64,000 nucleotides of DNA from Octopus vulgaris (lineage: Eukaryota), in assembly GCA_951406725.2 (NCBI GenBank), contig OX597818.1, positions 119,970,001 through 120,034,000 on the forward strand. Direction: 5' to 3'. The first letter of the stretch is position 1, and each line of letters begins with the position of its first letter. This document shows positions 1 to 12,500 of the stretch, one piece after another. A program made the translations under genes and the position numbers. The notes below the pieces were generated by a model that saw only the letters and a program-made list of their open reading frames with translations, had not been told where the DNA came from and made no database searches.

Positions 1-421
1 ACCCACTACACTCACGGAGTGGTTGGCATTAGGAAGGGCATCCAGCTGTAGAAACACTGCCAGATCAGACTGGAGCCTGGTGCAGCCTCCTGGCTTCCCA
101 GACCCAGGTCGAACAGTCCAAACCATGCTAGCATGGAAAATGGACGTTAAAAGATGATGATGACATTCAGCAGGTATAACTGAGCTCTTAAACAGAGCAT
201 TTTCCTTATTTCACCTCTCACTATACCCAACAAAACAAATTCAATCTTCAGATGTCTTCTTACATTTTCATATGTCCACACTTACCTCAAATTGTCGTAG
301 TTGGCTATTAGATTTATACAAAGGGGTTTCCAATTTCAAAGCATAAAAAGGACCACATAAGAACATTAAAAAGGAAAGGAACACACTTCAATAATTGAAC
401 ATCAAGAATGCTGGCACTGAC

Positions 422-507
422 CTGAGCCTATATGTGGTGTGTATACCGGTGTTTGTGCTGTGGCTTCTGAAATGTCAAGTGCTGCCAGTTGTGTTAGGTT
501 GAATTCT
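422..507 (-). CDS. NUP160: NUP160 exon 20 (EFNLTQLAALDISEATAQTPVYTPHIGS)
   Basis: ttctag| acceptor, CAG|gtcagt donor, 86 nt; E.NL..L..L motif. Confidence 0.87.
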
Positions 508-3500
508 CTAGAAAACAAAATTTCAAATCAGTTGCATATTTTAAATTATCACCCACCAAAATATAAGATATTTGAAACAAAACAAGTTCTACATTTCAAA
601 CACAGCCATTATGGACTACATTCTCCTCCATCTTATTTTTAAATTTTCAGTACAAGGCCTTCCACTACACATAATATGCATAATTTTCTTTGACTGTACC
701 AGAGACTTGAATTATTTTCTCACAGTATTTTATTAAAAATTTCATATTGTATGTACACACACACAAACATATACACAGATACATACTGACACCCAGTAAG
801 AACAAAATAGTTCTTACTAAAGCAGTATGCAGTACATTTGTGTGTCCAAAGCTTGGTCAAGCTAGAATTAAATAATGTCAAAGAAGCAGCTCTGAATAAA
901 ATAATTCATGTAGAGTCGTATTTAACAAGTTTGATAAAACCATCTGTTGTGGAAATAGTCTAGAGAGAAGGAACAAAATTATTTTTACAGCATCTTAATC
1001 TATATTCATTTCTGCAAATTTCAGAGAAATTTTGCAAAGAAGAGAATGTGTTAAAAAGAAACTTGCTTCAGGTACAAGAGGGTAGAAAGCTTCTGCTGTA
1101 AAATGAATTTCCTGTTACAGCCTTCAAACAATTAAACTAATAAAAAAATGAGTGGCTGTGTGGTAAGTAGCTTGCTTACGAACCACATGGTCCCGGGTTC
1201 AGTCCCACTACGTGGCACCTTGGGCAAGTGTCTTCTACTATAGCCTCGGGCCGACCAAAGCCTTGTGAGTGGATTTGGTAGACGGAAACTGAAAGAAGCC
1301 CATCGTCCATATGTATATATATGCATATGCATGTGTGTGTATATGTTTGTGTGTCTGTGATTGTCTCCCCAACATCGCTTGACAACTGATGGTGGTGTGT
1401 TTACGTCTCCGTAACTTCGCGGTTCGGCAAAAGAGACCAATAGAATAAGTACTAGGCTTACAAAGAATAAGTCCTGGGGTCGATTTGCTCGACTAAAGGC
1501 GGTGCTCCAGCATGGCCACAGTCAAATGACTGAAACAAGTAAAAGAGTAAAAAGAGAGTAAAAGAGTATATATACATACACTGTATTTGCTGGGCTTGGC
1601 AATGCAACGGTAGACATCACCCACTTCAGAACAAGGTAACACCGGAAATTGAGGATCACTTGAGGCATTAAATTGATCTGTAGAGACCAACATTGTCCAC
1701 TTCCACAATGAGCCTGGAATTAGAGTTCATTAGAATTGGTCAGAGAAGTAATGGTCTTGAGTTTATACATAGAAACTTCTTATGATGACTTTTATGCTGT
1801 ATACAACATGCAAGAGATCATTTGAGAGTATAATGTGCTTGGTAAAAGAAGTTTAGGGCAAATTTTGGTATTCAAGTACTCAGCTGCTTTAGGAGAAGTT
1901 ATTGATTTCTTAAAGCATAATCGTATATCACATATAAAATAGTTTTTAAAAAAAAATTAATATCATTTCTTCACTGCCCACAAGGGACTACACACAGAGG
2001 GGACAAACAAGGACAGACAAATGGATTAAGTTGATTATATCGATCCCCAGTGCGTAACTGGTACTTCATTGAAACATCATCACCACCTTTCCGAATCCTG
2101 TAGTATTTCACATGGAATTTTTGGTCTTCTAAAGTCACCTAGGAGTATAAGTCAGCCTTCCCCTTTTGGCTTTCTTTTTACTTGTTTCAGTCATTTGACT
2201 GCGGCCATGCTGGAGCACCGCCTTTAGTCGAGCAAATCGACCCCAGGATTTATTCTTTGTTAGCCTAGTACTTATTCTATCAGTTTCTTTTGCCGAACCT
2301 CTAAGTTACGGCGACATAAACACACCAGCATCGGTTGTCAAGCGATGTTGGAGGGGACAAACACACACACATATATATCATCATCATCAAAAGCGGACGT
2401 TAAACGATGATGATGATTATATATATATATATATGTGTGTGTGTGTTTGTCCCCCCAACATCACTTGACAACCAATAGAATAAGTACTAGGCTTACAAAG
2501 AATAAGTCCTGGGTCAATTTGCTCAACTAAAGGTGGTGCTCCAGCATGGCCGCAGTCAAATGACTGAAACAAATAAAAGAATGCCAACCACTTTACAGAG
2601 TGTGCTTTTTATGTGGCACCGGTAGAGGGCTCTTGCAGATCAATCCTCTTCACCAGGAATAGTGGCCTTAACATTTCTGTTGAGGAGTACAGGTCAAAAC
2701 TCCAAAAAATAATTATTTCGCGTTCTCTCGAAGTTTATACTTATGACATCAAAACAGAAGATGTTTAAAAGAATGACAGATAAATGAATGGTTCTAGAAT
2801 GAACAAAATCGATAAAGTTTTTTTTTTTACCTGGTCGCCACATTTCATTGCAATCAAGAGCAGCAAAAGGAGGTCACGAGTGGCATTTAGACGAGTGCAA
2901 ACAAAATGTTCCATATGTGCAATAATGACAGATGTTGCACAGTTACTTGCAAAAAGCTGACCCCAATCAATCTGTGATAAGAGACCTGCAAAGAAAGAAA
3001 ACAGCAGAATAATTATATATTTTTTTTCTTTTTTAATTCCTTCACTAATCTTTGAAACAGAATAGGTACTGTAAATTTAGAGTGGATACTTGATAAGTGT
3101 AAGCACCTGTATATGCCACATAGTGGCAGAGGTGAGAGAGTATATATCAAGTATATTTGCGGCTGAAGAGAGCTTTAAACCATCTTTTATATCAATAAAT
3201 ACACTGATGTAATAACGGATTATTTATAAAGCTTGAAACATGTGTACCGCAATATCCTTTGTGTTCTGTTTTTAATTTATATTTGAAACAGAATATTTAG
3301 AACATGTTTACTCAAGCATAGAACTGGGGCTGGATAGATTTTCAAATTTGGACAATAATTCTATTTGGTCAATCTTTTACAGCCACTGGACAAATGTTGA
3401 GATACGCCTTATTTTCCCTATTATTGTTTTTTTATAACTCTGAACTTGATGTACCTGTTATGTATGTGTGGCCCACCATAGATACTTCTATTTAATTCTA

Positions 3501-6500
3501 CTGTACCCATATGACTCTGGCTAATTATTCTTCTCCAAAGCTACAACACAACAAAGTCCCATCTTTTCTGGTATAGATTCTCTCTTTCACTTGTTTCAGT
3601 CATTGAACTGCAGCCATGCTGGAGCACCACCTTGGAGGTTTAGTTGAACAAAATGCTCTTAGTATTTATTCTTTGAGCTGGCTACATATTCTATTGGTTC
3701 CATTTTGCCGAACCACTAAGTTATGGTGACATAAATACACCCACACTGACAGTCAAGTGACAGTAAAGGACAAACACAAACATACATGTACACTCAGACT
3801 CCTTTCAGTTTTTGTCTACTAAGCTCACTGACATTGGTCAGTCTAGGGTAGCAGAAGATACTTGCTTAAGGTACCATGCAGTGGGACCAAACTTGGAACC
3901 CTAACTTTTAGTCAATTGATTCAATTAAAAAATCTTTAAGGTGGTGCCCCAGCATGGCCATAGTCTAACAACTGAAAGAAGTAAAGGATAACAGATAGAC
4001 TAAATGTTCACATTTACCAAATTACACTTTAATCCTTCAGCATTTAAACAAACCATATCCACCCCAAATACTCTTCGTTCTATACTCAAACCAGCCAGGT
4101 CTGGCTTCTCACACCTACCTACTATGTCATTATAAAAATAAGCTATCACATTATCAAAATCTTGAAGTTACATGACAATGCATGATTAACTTAAAATGAT
4201 GTGAATGAATAAATATTACATTTGACAGAAAAATCTGAATGCTAAAAGGAATAAACAACATTTTATCCACTCTTTACCTGTTGTTGTACAGTAAAAGGTA
4301 TGGTTTTCAAGCCACTTTGCCTGTAAACAAGCAACCCTTGTTGTAACAATCACTCACGGAAAAGGTAAAGGATACCTTCTCAAGTCATACTGACTCATAA
4401 GGGGCAGTTTCCTAGTTTCTATGGCATATAAATTTTTCCCCTGGACAAGACGCTGGGGCCAGTTTCCTAGTTTCCACAGCATATAAATTTTTCACCTGGA
4501 CAAGACGCTGGGGCCAGTTTCCTAGTTTCCATGGCATATAAATTTTTCACCTGGACAAGCGCTGGGACCAGTTTCCTAGTTCTCATGGCATATAAATTTT
4601 TCACCTGGACAAGACGCTGGGGGTGGTTTCCTAGTTTCCATGGCGTATAAATTCTTCACCTGGACAGGACGTTGGTCCGTTCACAGGATTACTCATTTCT
4701 GCCAGGTGAGAGGACTGGAGCAACATGAAATGAAGCATTTCACTCAAGAACACAACGTGTTGCCTGGTTCGGGAATCGAAACCACAATCTTACAATCACG
4801 AGTCCAACACCCTAACCACTATGCCACACACCACTCACTATGGAACACATATACAGAGAAAAGCATTTCAAACTTACGTGATGAATCATTAAGATCCAAA
4901 GAGTCCAGTTGTAGTGTGCTGAGGTTTAAATGGGCGGAAATCACACGAACAGCATTGACTAAATCAATTACATTTTCCAAGTGAGATTTGATGTTGTCAA
5001 TCAGAAGGTCATTCAAAGCTAAACTGATTTTAGATAAACAGAAAAGAAAAAAAAAGAATTCATAAACAGAAACAATCTAATAACAATTTTCTAAGCAGAT
5101 ACAAAAACATTATTTAAATATTTTTTTCAAGTTAAAGTATTTCAACTTTTTACTAATTTAATTTTCTGCAGGTCCAAAACCAGCTTGATGTCTGGGGTGA
5201 ATAAGGCCAACAAAACTGTACAATATGAAAGGGGTTTAAAAGAACAAATATACTGCATCATTGATTGTGTGGATTAAGAAAGAAGGTATTCAGATCTTGC
5301 GTAGAATGGTCCATTCGAAAAATATATTGCAGTCTCCACCCAAAGCCTTTCTTGATTTCTGCAGGAGAACTCTAGGAGAAATTAACTGTAGTACTTCAAT
5401 GTGAAGGTGTGTGGCTTAGTGGTTAGGGTGTTGCACTCATGATCACCAAAACATGGGTTGGATTTCCAGATTGGGTGGTGTATTGTGTTCTTGAGCAAAA
5501 CACTTCATTTCTCACTGCTCCAGTGCTCTGTGGGTACCAGCATGTCAAAGAACAGACCCAGCGTTTCCTCTGTGTTGTAAAACAAGGTGACTAAAAAAGA
5601 CTGAGGTAGGATTTGCACTCCAACCTCATAAAACCCTCACCCACAATGACTACCCAAACAAACACATGGGTTAGAGGCTTGTCACCTGAATGATGCAAAG
5701 GTCTCATCAGCCAGAAGTTGGCCATCACCAACAAATGGCCAATACGGCAACATGCTGCTACAGCACATACCCACATACTATTACTAATACTTCAATTACA
5801 CAGCTAATTAAACAACAACCAGCAAGTCATAATAAAGGGTTGCATACATACAAAAGCATGAAACATTGATGTCATACTGTTATTTCTTTCAATTGTTTCA
5901 GTCATTTGACTGTGGCCATGCTGGAGCACCAGCTTTAGTCAAACGAATTGACCCCCAGGACTTATTCTTTGTAAGCCTAGTACTTATTCCATCAGTCTCT
6001 TTTGCAGAACCACTAAGTTACGGGGACGTAAACACCAACATCGGTTGTCAAAGTGATGGTGGGGGACAAACACAGACACACAAACATATATATATATTAT
6101 ATATACATACACATTCACACACATGACAGACTTCTTTCAGTTTCTGTCTACCAAATCCACTCATTAGGCTTTGGCCGAACCGAGGCTATAGTAGAAGACA
6201 CTTGCCACAAGTGCCATGCAGTGGGAATGAACCCAGAACCATGTGGTTGGGAAGCAAGATTCTTACCACACAGCTATACCTGTGCCTATACTTAAATACA
6301 AATCATAGAAAATTTTGAAAACACATACCAAGAATCTACCAAGCTTCCAGCGGCCTGTTCAAGGTCTAGGGTCACTGAAGCTTCGTATTCCAGTTGGCTC
6401 CCAAGGTCCTCACTGATATCTCCAGCTATAAGCTGCATACATTTGAATACATGTAGTACATCTGTGACCATGTGGCCCTCTACAAAAAAACAATAAATAA

Positions 6501-9500
6501 TTAAAATATCATCAACACAGTAATGTAATACGTTGTCAACAACAACAACATCAATAATGCATTAGATGATCCAATTGGTAAACATGTGACTTAAAAGCAT
6601 CTTTCAACTGTTGGGCCTCACGGAGGCAATGACAAAGAGCAAGACCCTCAGCAACATGCTTGAGCAGAAGACCCATCAAGGCAAGTGAAATCATAGTTGT
6701 GGCAGATACTGGTGTGAAGCAACTGGCACCCGTGTTGGCGGCATGTAAAAGCACCCATTACACTCTTGGGGTGGTTGGCATTAGGAAGGGTATCCAGCTG
6801 TAGAAACCATGCCAAATCAGACTGGAGTCTGGTGCAGCCCCTCAGCTTGCCAGCCCTGGTCAAACTGTCCACTCCATGCCAGCATGAACAATGGATGTAT
6901 GATGATGATATACGTGGAACTGGCATCAGTGATAAACTTGGCTGCCAAGAGGGTACAAAATACAGAGATTGCAACATAACATTTTTATTTCTTTATTGCC
7001 CACAAGGGGCTAAACATAGAGGGGACAAACAAGGACAGACAAACGGATTAAATTGATTAGATTGTCCCCAGTGCGTAACTGGTACTTAATTTATCGACCC
7101 CAAAAGGATGTAGGCAAAGTCGACCTCTGCGGAATTTGAACACAGAATGAAACGGCAGACGAAATACCTATTTCTTTATTACCCACAAGGGGCTAAACAC
7201 AGAGAGGACAAACAAACGGATCAAGTTGATTATATCAACCCCAGTGTGTAACTGGTCCTTAATTTATCGACCCCGAAAGGATGAAAAGCAAAGTCAACCT
7301 AGGCGGAATTTGAACTCAGAACATAACGGCAGACGGAATAACGCTAAGCATTTCGCCCAGCATGCTAACATTTCTGCCTGCTCGCCTTATTGCAACATAA
7401 TATTCTATCATCCTTTAGAGTTAACCACTGCATAATGGAGTATGGTCCATTCAGTTCAGCAAAGGACTTGGTTTATCTAGAACTTGAGATTTGTGAGTTA
7501 TATCTCACCATTTGTCTGACTACCTTTGTGCCATCAGTACAGGTATTACAAAGGGCATCCAGCGATAGAAACCATACCAAAACAGACAAGTGGAGCCTAG
7601 CCAGCTCATGTTAAACCATCCAACCGAGACCAACATAAAAAAGGGATGTTAAATGATGATAGAGCTACAAAACATAATAGTTTTTTTGTTTAGAAATCAA
7701 CAAAATTAGCAGTGCTATAGTGTTCATGTGGCAGCTCTACATCAGTCTTGTCTTGAGACAGCATTCACCCGCGATGGGTTGAGCTGGCTTCATTCATCCT
7801 CAATGCTGCACCTCTCACAAACGCCGACCAGGCCTGGCGATTTGAGGCTAACAACAGCGTGATCTCCAACCACTCCTTATTCCAGTGGCGAATGCTGTAG
7901 ATATGGGGGTCTAGGTTGGGTTCCAGATCAGCCAGGTTTTTCGTTGTCCACCACATCACTTTCGCCAACCCTGAAGGGGAGCAGGGGCAATTGCTTCATA
8001 GGTTGTGTTCCAGGTCAGCCTTGACTGTCATCAGCCAGGTTTTTCATTGTCCACCACATCGCTTTCGCCAACCCTGAAGGGGAGCAGGGGCAATTGCTTC
8101 ATAGGTTGTGTTCCAGATCAGCCTTGACTGTCATCAGCCAGGTTTTTCGTTGTCCACCATATCGCTTTTGCCAACCCTGAAGGGGAGCTGGGGCAATTGC
8201 TTCGTAGATGAATTCTCCTGGTTGATGAATTCTCAAAGTCACCAAGTGACAGCAACAAATAATCAAAATGATAAACCCATACGTACACACAAAACAAGAA
8301 AGAAACTATGGTTTTACAACAATGAAAACAACAACTACCTGCTCTGCATTCTACAGCATTGAGGAGGGCGACAGCGGCTTCAGTATTTCCATCTCCAATG
8401 TAAAGCTCTTCAACAATGTCACAGGGACAAAAATAAGTCAGATGATTCTGTGATAGAGAAATAAAGAGAGTGTCAAATAATTTCAAGTAATTAGTGAGTC
8501 ATTCTGTGATGGAAATGGATCAGTGGGGTACTTAACAGGAAATATGAATAGAATATCAGTTAATTAGTAGCGAGCAAGGTACTTGATAATTTAAAGTAAC
8601 GAGTGGGGTACAAGTTAATTAAAAATAGTCAATTGTGCATCTGATAATTGAAATAAGTCAATGGTATATCTAATAATGGAAATAGTCATAGGGGTGGATG
8701 ATAACTAAAAATAATCAGTGGGACACTGAATTATTTTCTAATTTTGGCACAAGGCCAGCAATTATGAAAAGAGGATGATGATGCTGGATTGTCTCCTTGC
8801 CTTGACATTCATGTGATGGTCGTTAAACAAGCATCACTGTAGAAGTGGGGCTGTTTGTTTCCAACACTTTGTGAAAACATGTCTGGCCATGGTAAAATAT
8901 CACCTTGCTTGGAAACAGGTGAGGGTTGGGAACAAGAAGGTATCCAGCTGTTCAGAACAGCAAGGCATTCCTCTGATCCATGCAAGCATTGGAAACTGGG
9001 AATTAAACGAGGAGGAAGAAAGAGAGAAGTATTTGACAGGTATTATTTTATTGGCTGTCATTAATACTAAACTAGGGGTGATGGTGATGACAGATAACAA
9101 TAACCTTTTTTACTTCCAACAACAAACTGATTGAAACAGCTAAAATTCTTCACATAAAACACTGAAAAATTACCTTTCGTATGCAGCAAATAAGTCCAGA
9201 CTGTTCATCAACAAACAAACCTAGACATTTGGAATCAACCTAGACGAGAAAAATAAAAGAGAGAGCAAGAAGGTAAAAAAAAAAATCAAGTTATTAGTCT
9301 ATGTGTGTATAAAATTGTGAATGATCATTTAGAAGGCAGCCAATAAGATTATTCCTGTAGGTGGCAAGCTGACAGAATCATTAATATGCCAGGTGAAATG
9401 CTTAGCAGTATTTCGTCTGTCTTTACGTTCTGAGTTCAAATTCTGCCAAGGTCGACTTTACCTTTCGGGGTCGACAAATTAAGTACCAGTTGTGTACTGG

Positions 9501-12500
9501 GTTGATCTAATCAACTGCACTCCCCCACCCAAACTTCAGGGTCTTGTGCCTAGAGTAAAAAAGAATATTTAAAGGCAGCAAGCTGGCAGAAACATTAACA
9601 TGCCTGGTGAAATGCTTAGCGGTATTTTGTCTGTTTTTACATTCTAAGTTCAAATTCTGCTGAGGTTGACTTTGCCTTTCATCCTTTCGGGGAAGGGGGG
9701 GGGGGGTGATAAATTAAGTACCAGTTGGTACGATATGCAACTGGGGTACAAATATATGAAGCCCAGTATACCCATCATGACTGCCTGTCTGATAAGGGTA
9801 CACCAGGCACATGCATCACAACTATATGCGTGCGACATGGCGATCTCATATCAAGATACACAACGCATGACCTTGCAGGTGGAGCCAAGTTAGAATTTTT
9901 TTCAATTTGAGTAGCCCATCCCGCTCAAAAGGTTCCTGAATAAAGTTTGTTTAAGGATGATGAACAAAACACCCATGTTTCCAAAGGAGAATTATTCAAA
10001 CCCTAAATAATTGTGTACCCTTATCAGACAGGCAGTCATGATGGGTATACTGGGCTTCACATATTTGTACCGGTTGCATATCAACTGCATCATCCACCTC
10101 CCCAAATATTTCAGGCCCTGTGTCTAGAGTAGAAAAGAATAAGATCATTTCTGTGCATATAGAAAGTTTTGTTTAGCTACCTACCATATTTGGCATATAA
10201 CAAGTGACATCCACCGCCTTTCTTGTATTCCTTGGAAGGATTTAAACCCAAAACAACACTCAAAAAACACTGGACAATTAGACAGTGCTCCTCCTCTTAG
10301 AGTAGTAAACTGGGCAATTGTATGGCATCTATTTACACTTGGACATCAATGAAAGAGAAAATTGCTCAAATCCTTAACTCTAGCATTCAGAATTACACTC
10401 ACAAATATAATGCAAATTTATTCACATTGTTTTGAATTATTCATGCATTATCTCATAGCTTTGAGATTTCAATGATATGATTGAATATTTTCAGAATGAC
10501 ATTGTAGGATAGGTGTGAGAGGCCAGATCTGGCTGGTTTTAACATAAAACAGGTAGAATATTTTGGCTAGATACAGCCTGTTTAAATGCTGAAGGGTAAC
10601 AGATATTAGCAGCCCTAAGCGACAGCAAGAAGCTCAGAAGCCTTTTTGTTGACTGATGAAGGTTGGTATTCTTTTATTTGTTTCAGTCATTTGACTGCAG
10701 CCATGCTGGAGCACTGCCTTTAGTCGAGCAAATCGACCCCAGGACTTATTCTTTGTAAGCCTAGTACTTATTCTATTGGTCCATTTTGTCGAACTGCTAA
10801 GTTAGGGGGACGCAAACACACCAGCATCAGTTGTCAAGCGATGTTGGGGGGACAAACACAAGCACACAAACATATACATATATATGTATATATATGACGG
10901 GCTTCTTTTAGTTCCGCCTACCAAATCCACTCATAAGGCTTTGGTCAGCCCAAGGCTATAGTAGAAGACCCTTGCCCAAGGTGCCACCAGTGGAACCAAA
11001 CCCAGAACCATGTGGTTGGGAAGCAAGCTACTTACCACACACCCACTCCTGCACCTATGGTAACCAGAACACAATAAGGCAATTATATTTAGACAGATCC
11101 TTCTTTTATTGTGTTCCATCCTGGTTACAATTCTTCAAAGACAAGAAACTGTTGAAACTCAGTTCTAAATTTCACTTCATACTAAAGGGAAAACAATAGA
11201 AAACATGATCTAACCTCTTGGTATTGGACACAGCAAGAATAAAATTTTGTCCAGTGTTCAAGTTGTAATTGGCAGTATTCATCTTCATCAAGTTGGTATT
11301 CCATAGCAGCATTGCGAATCTGAAAGATCGAAAGAAGACAAAGAGTAAAAAAAATAATTCAACAGCAAACAGAATTCTATATCCTAAACAGAACAGGAAT
11401 TGAACTTAAAAAGTCAACTATTTTTTTATTTCTTAGAGCCTTTGTAAGAAAACTGACTTGGACCGACTAACAGCCTTACAGTATTACCTCCAAATCTTTA
11501 GGTTGTGAGCTCAAGTCAAACCAAAGTCAGCCTTACTCGTCATCTCTCCAGGGTTGATAAAATAAAGTACTTATCAGGTTTTGGGGACAACAACAACTAA
11601 ATGCCTCTTCCAAATTTGCTAGCCTTGTTTCTAAATTCAAAACCACTTATTATCTATGTTTTGTTCCCACTATCTTAAATAACACTGTTTCTTAGGAAAA
11701 CAATCTAATTTTAAATGCAAGCTATTACATTATATTATAAATTCAGTACAATTATCATGAATATCACTCATTGAGCGCCCTCAATTCTCTTACTTGCAGT
11801 AACTATAGCTTAGGGTAACTTTAAGCTGTACAGTTCTGTATTTAAGAGATGAGGAATTATGTACATTTGATGTATATTTGTCCTCATCTTGTTTGTTGAT
11901 ACACCCTCCAGCTTTCATCAGGTGTCTTGGGGAAATTCTGAACCGGAGTTCTCATTCCTAAGGTATTTTTCAATGTTATTATTATTATTATTATTCAGGT
12001 CACTGTCTGGAATCGAACTTGGAATCTTGGGGTTAGTAGCCTGCGCTTTTAACCACTATGCCACAGGCATATGGCGTAGTGATTAAGCTGAATAATAATA
12101 ATAAAATTTCCCCAAGACACCTGATAAAGGCTGGAGGGTATATCAGCCAAAATGTTGTATTAACAACAAACAAGATGAGGACAAATATCCATCAAATGTA
12201 AATAATGATAAGACTATTTAATTTTAAATATGATTGATCTAATAACATCATTTTATATATCATATTAACAACTACAAACTCACTGGTTGGTGCATCTTGC
12301 TGCCCACGTCCCTTTCAATTTGACAATCTAAATAGGACCACCATTATGCTAAATTCCCTTCCACCTCCAATGCATAGAAATCTAAAAATGAAATGTTTAC
12401 AATCAGGAAGATAAAGCAAAAAAAATTCCAATACTTACTTCAGTTTCAACAGTATTTGTAACTTCCTCTTTAAGACTGATCAGACTGACGGTGTCTTGTC

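Noticed and set aside
1132-1440. Recurrent ORFs such as ...[29 protein letters not shown]... (also near 6053, 22563, 33330)
   Set aside because: Antisense translations of the same SINE family; no coding signal.
4368-4375. GTATCCTT (U12 donor consensus) on the minus strand inside NUP160
   Set aside because: It lies in a SINE tail (aaaggtaaaggatac) in mid-intron, about 500 nt from the nearest exon, and no exon ends there.
4401-4675. Regularly spaced repeats resembling a CRISPR array
   Set aside because: Whole 55-bp units are duplicated with no unique spacers; eukaryotic minisatellite, no cas genes.
10652-11070. CTGATGAAGGTT..AACCAGAAC split by a SINE, a possible hammerhead
   Set aside because: The GAAA box is incomplete and no stem I or III pairing was found.
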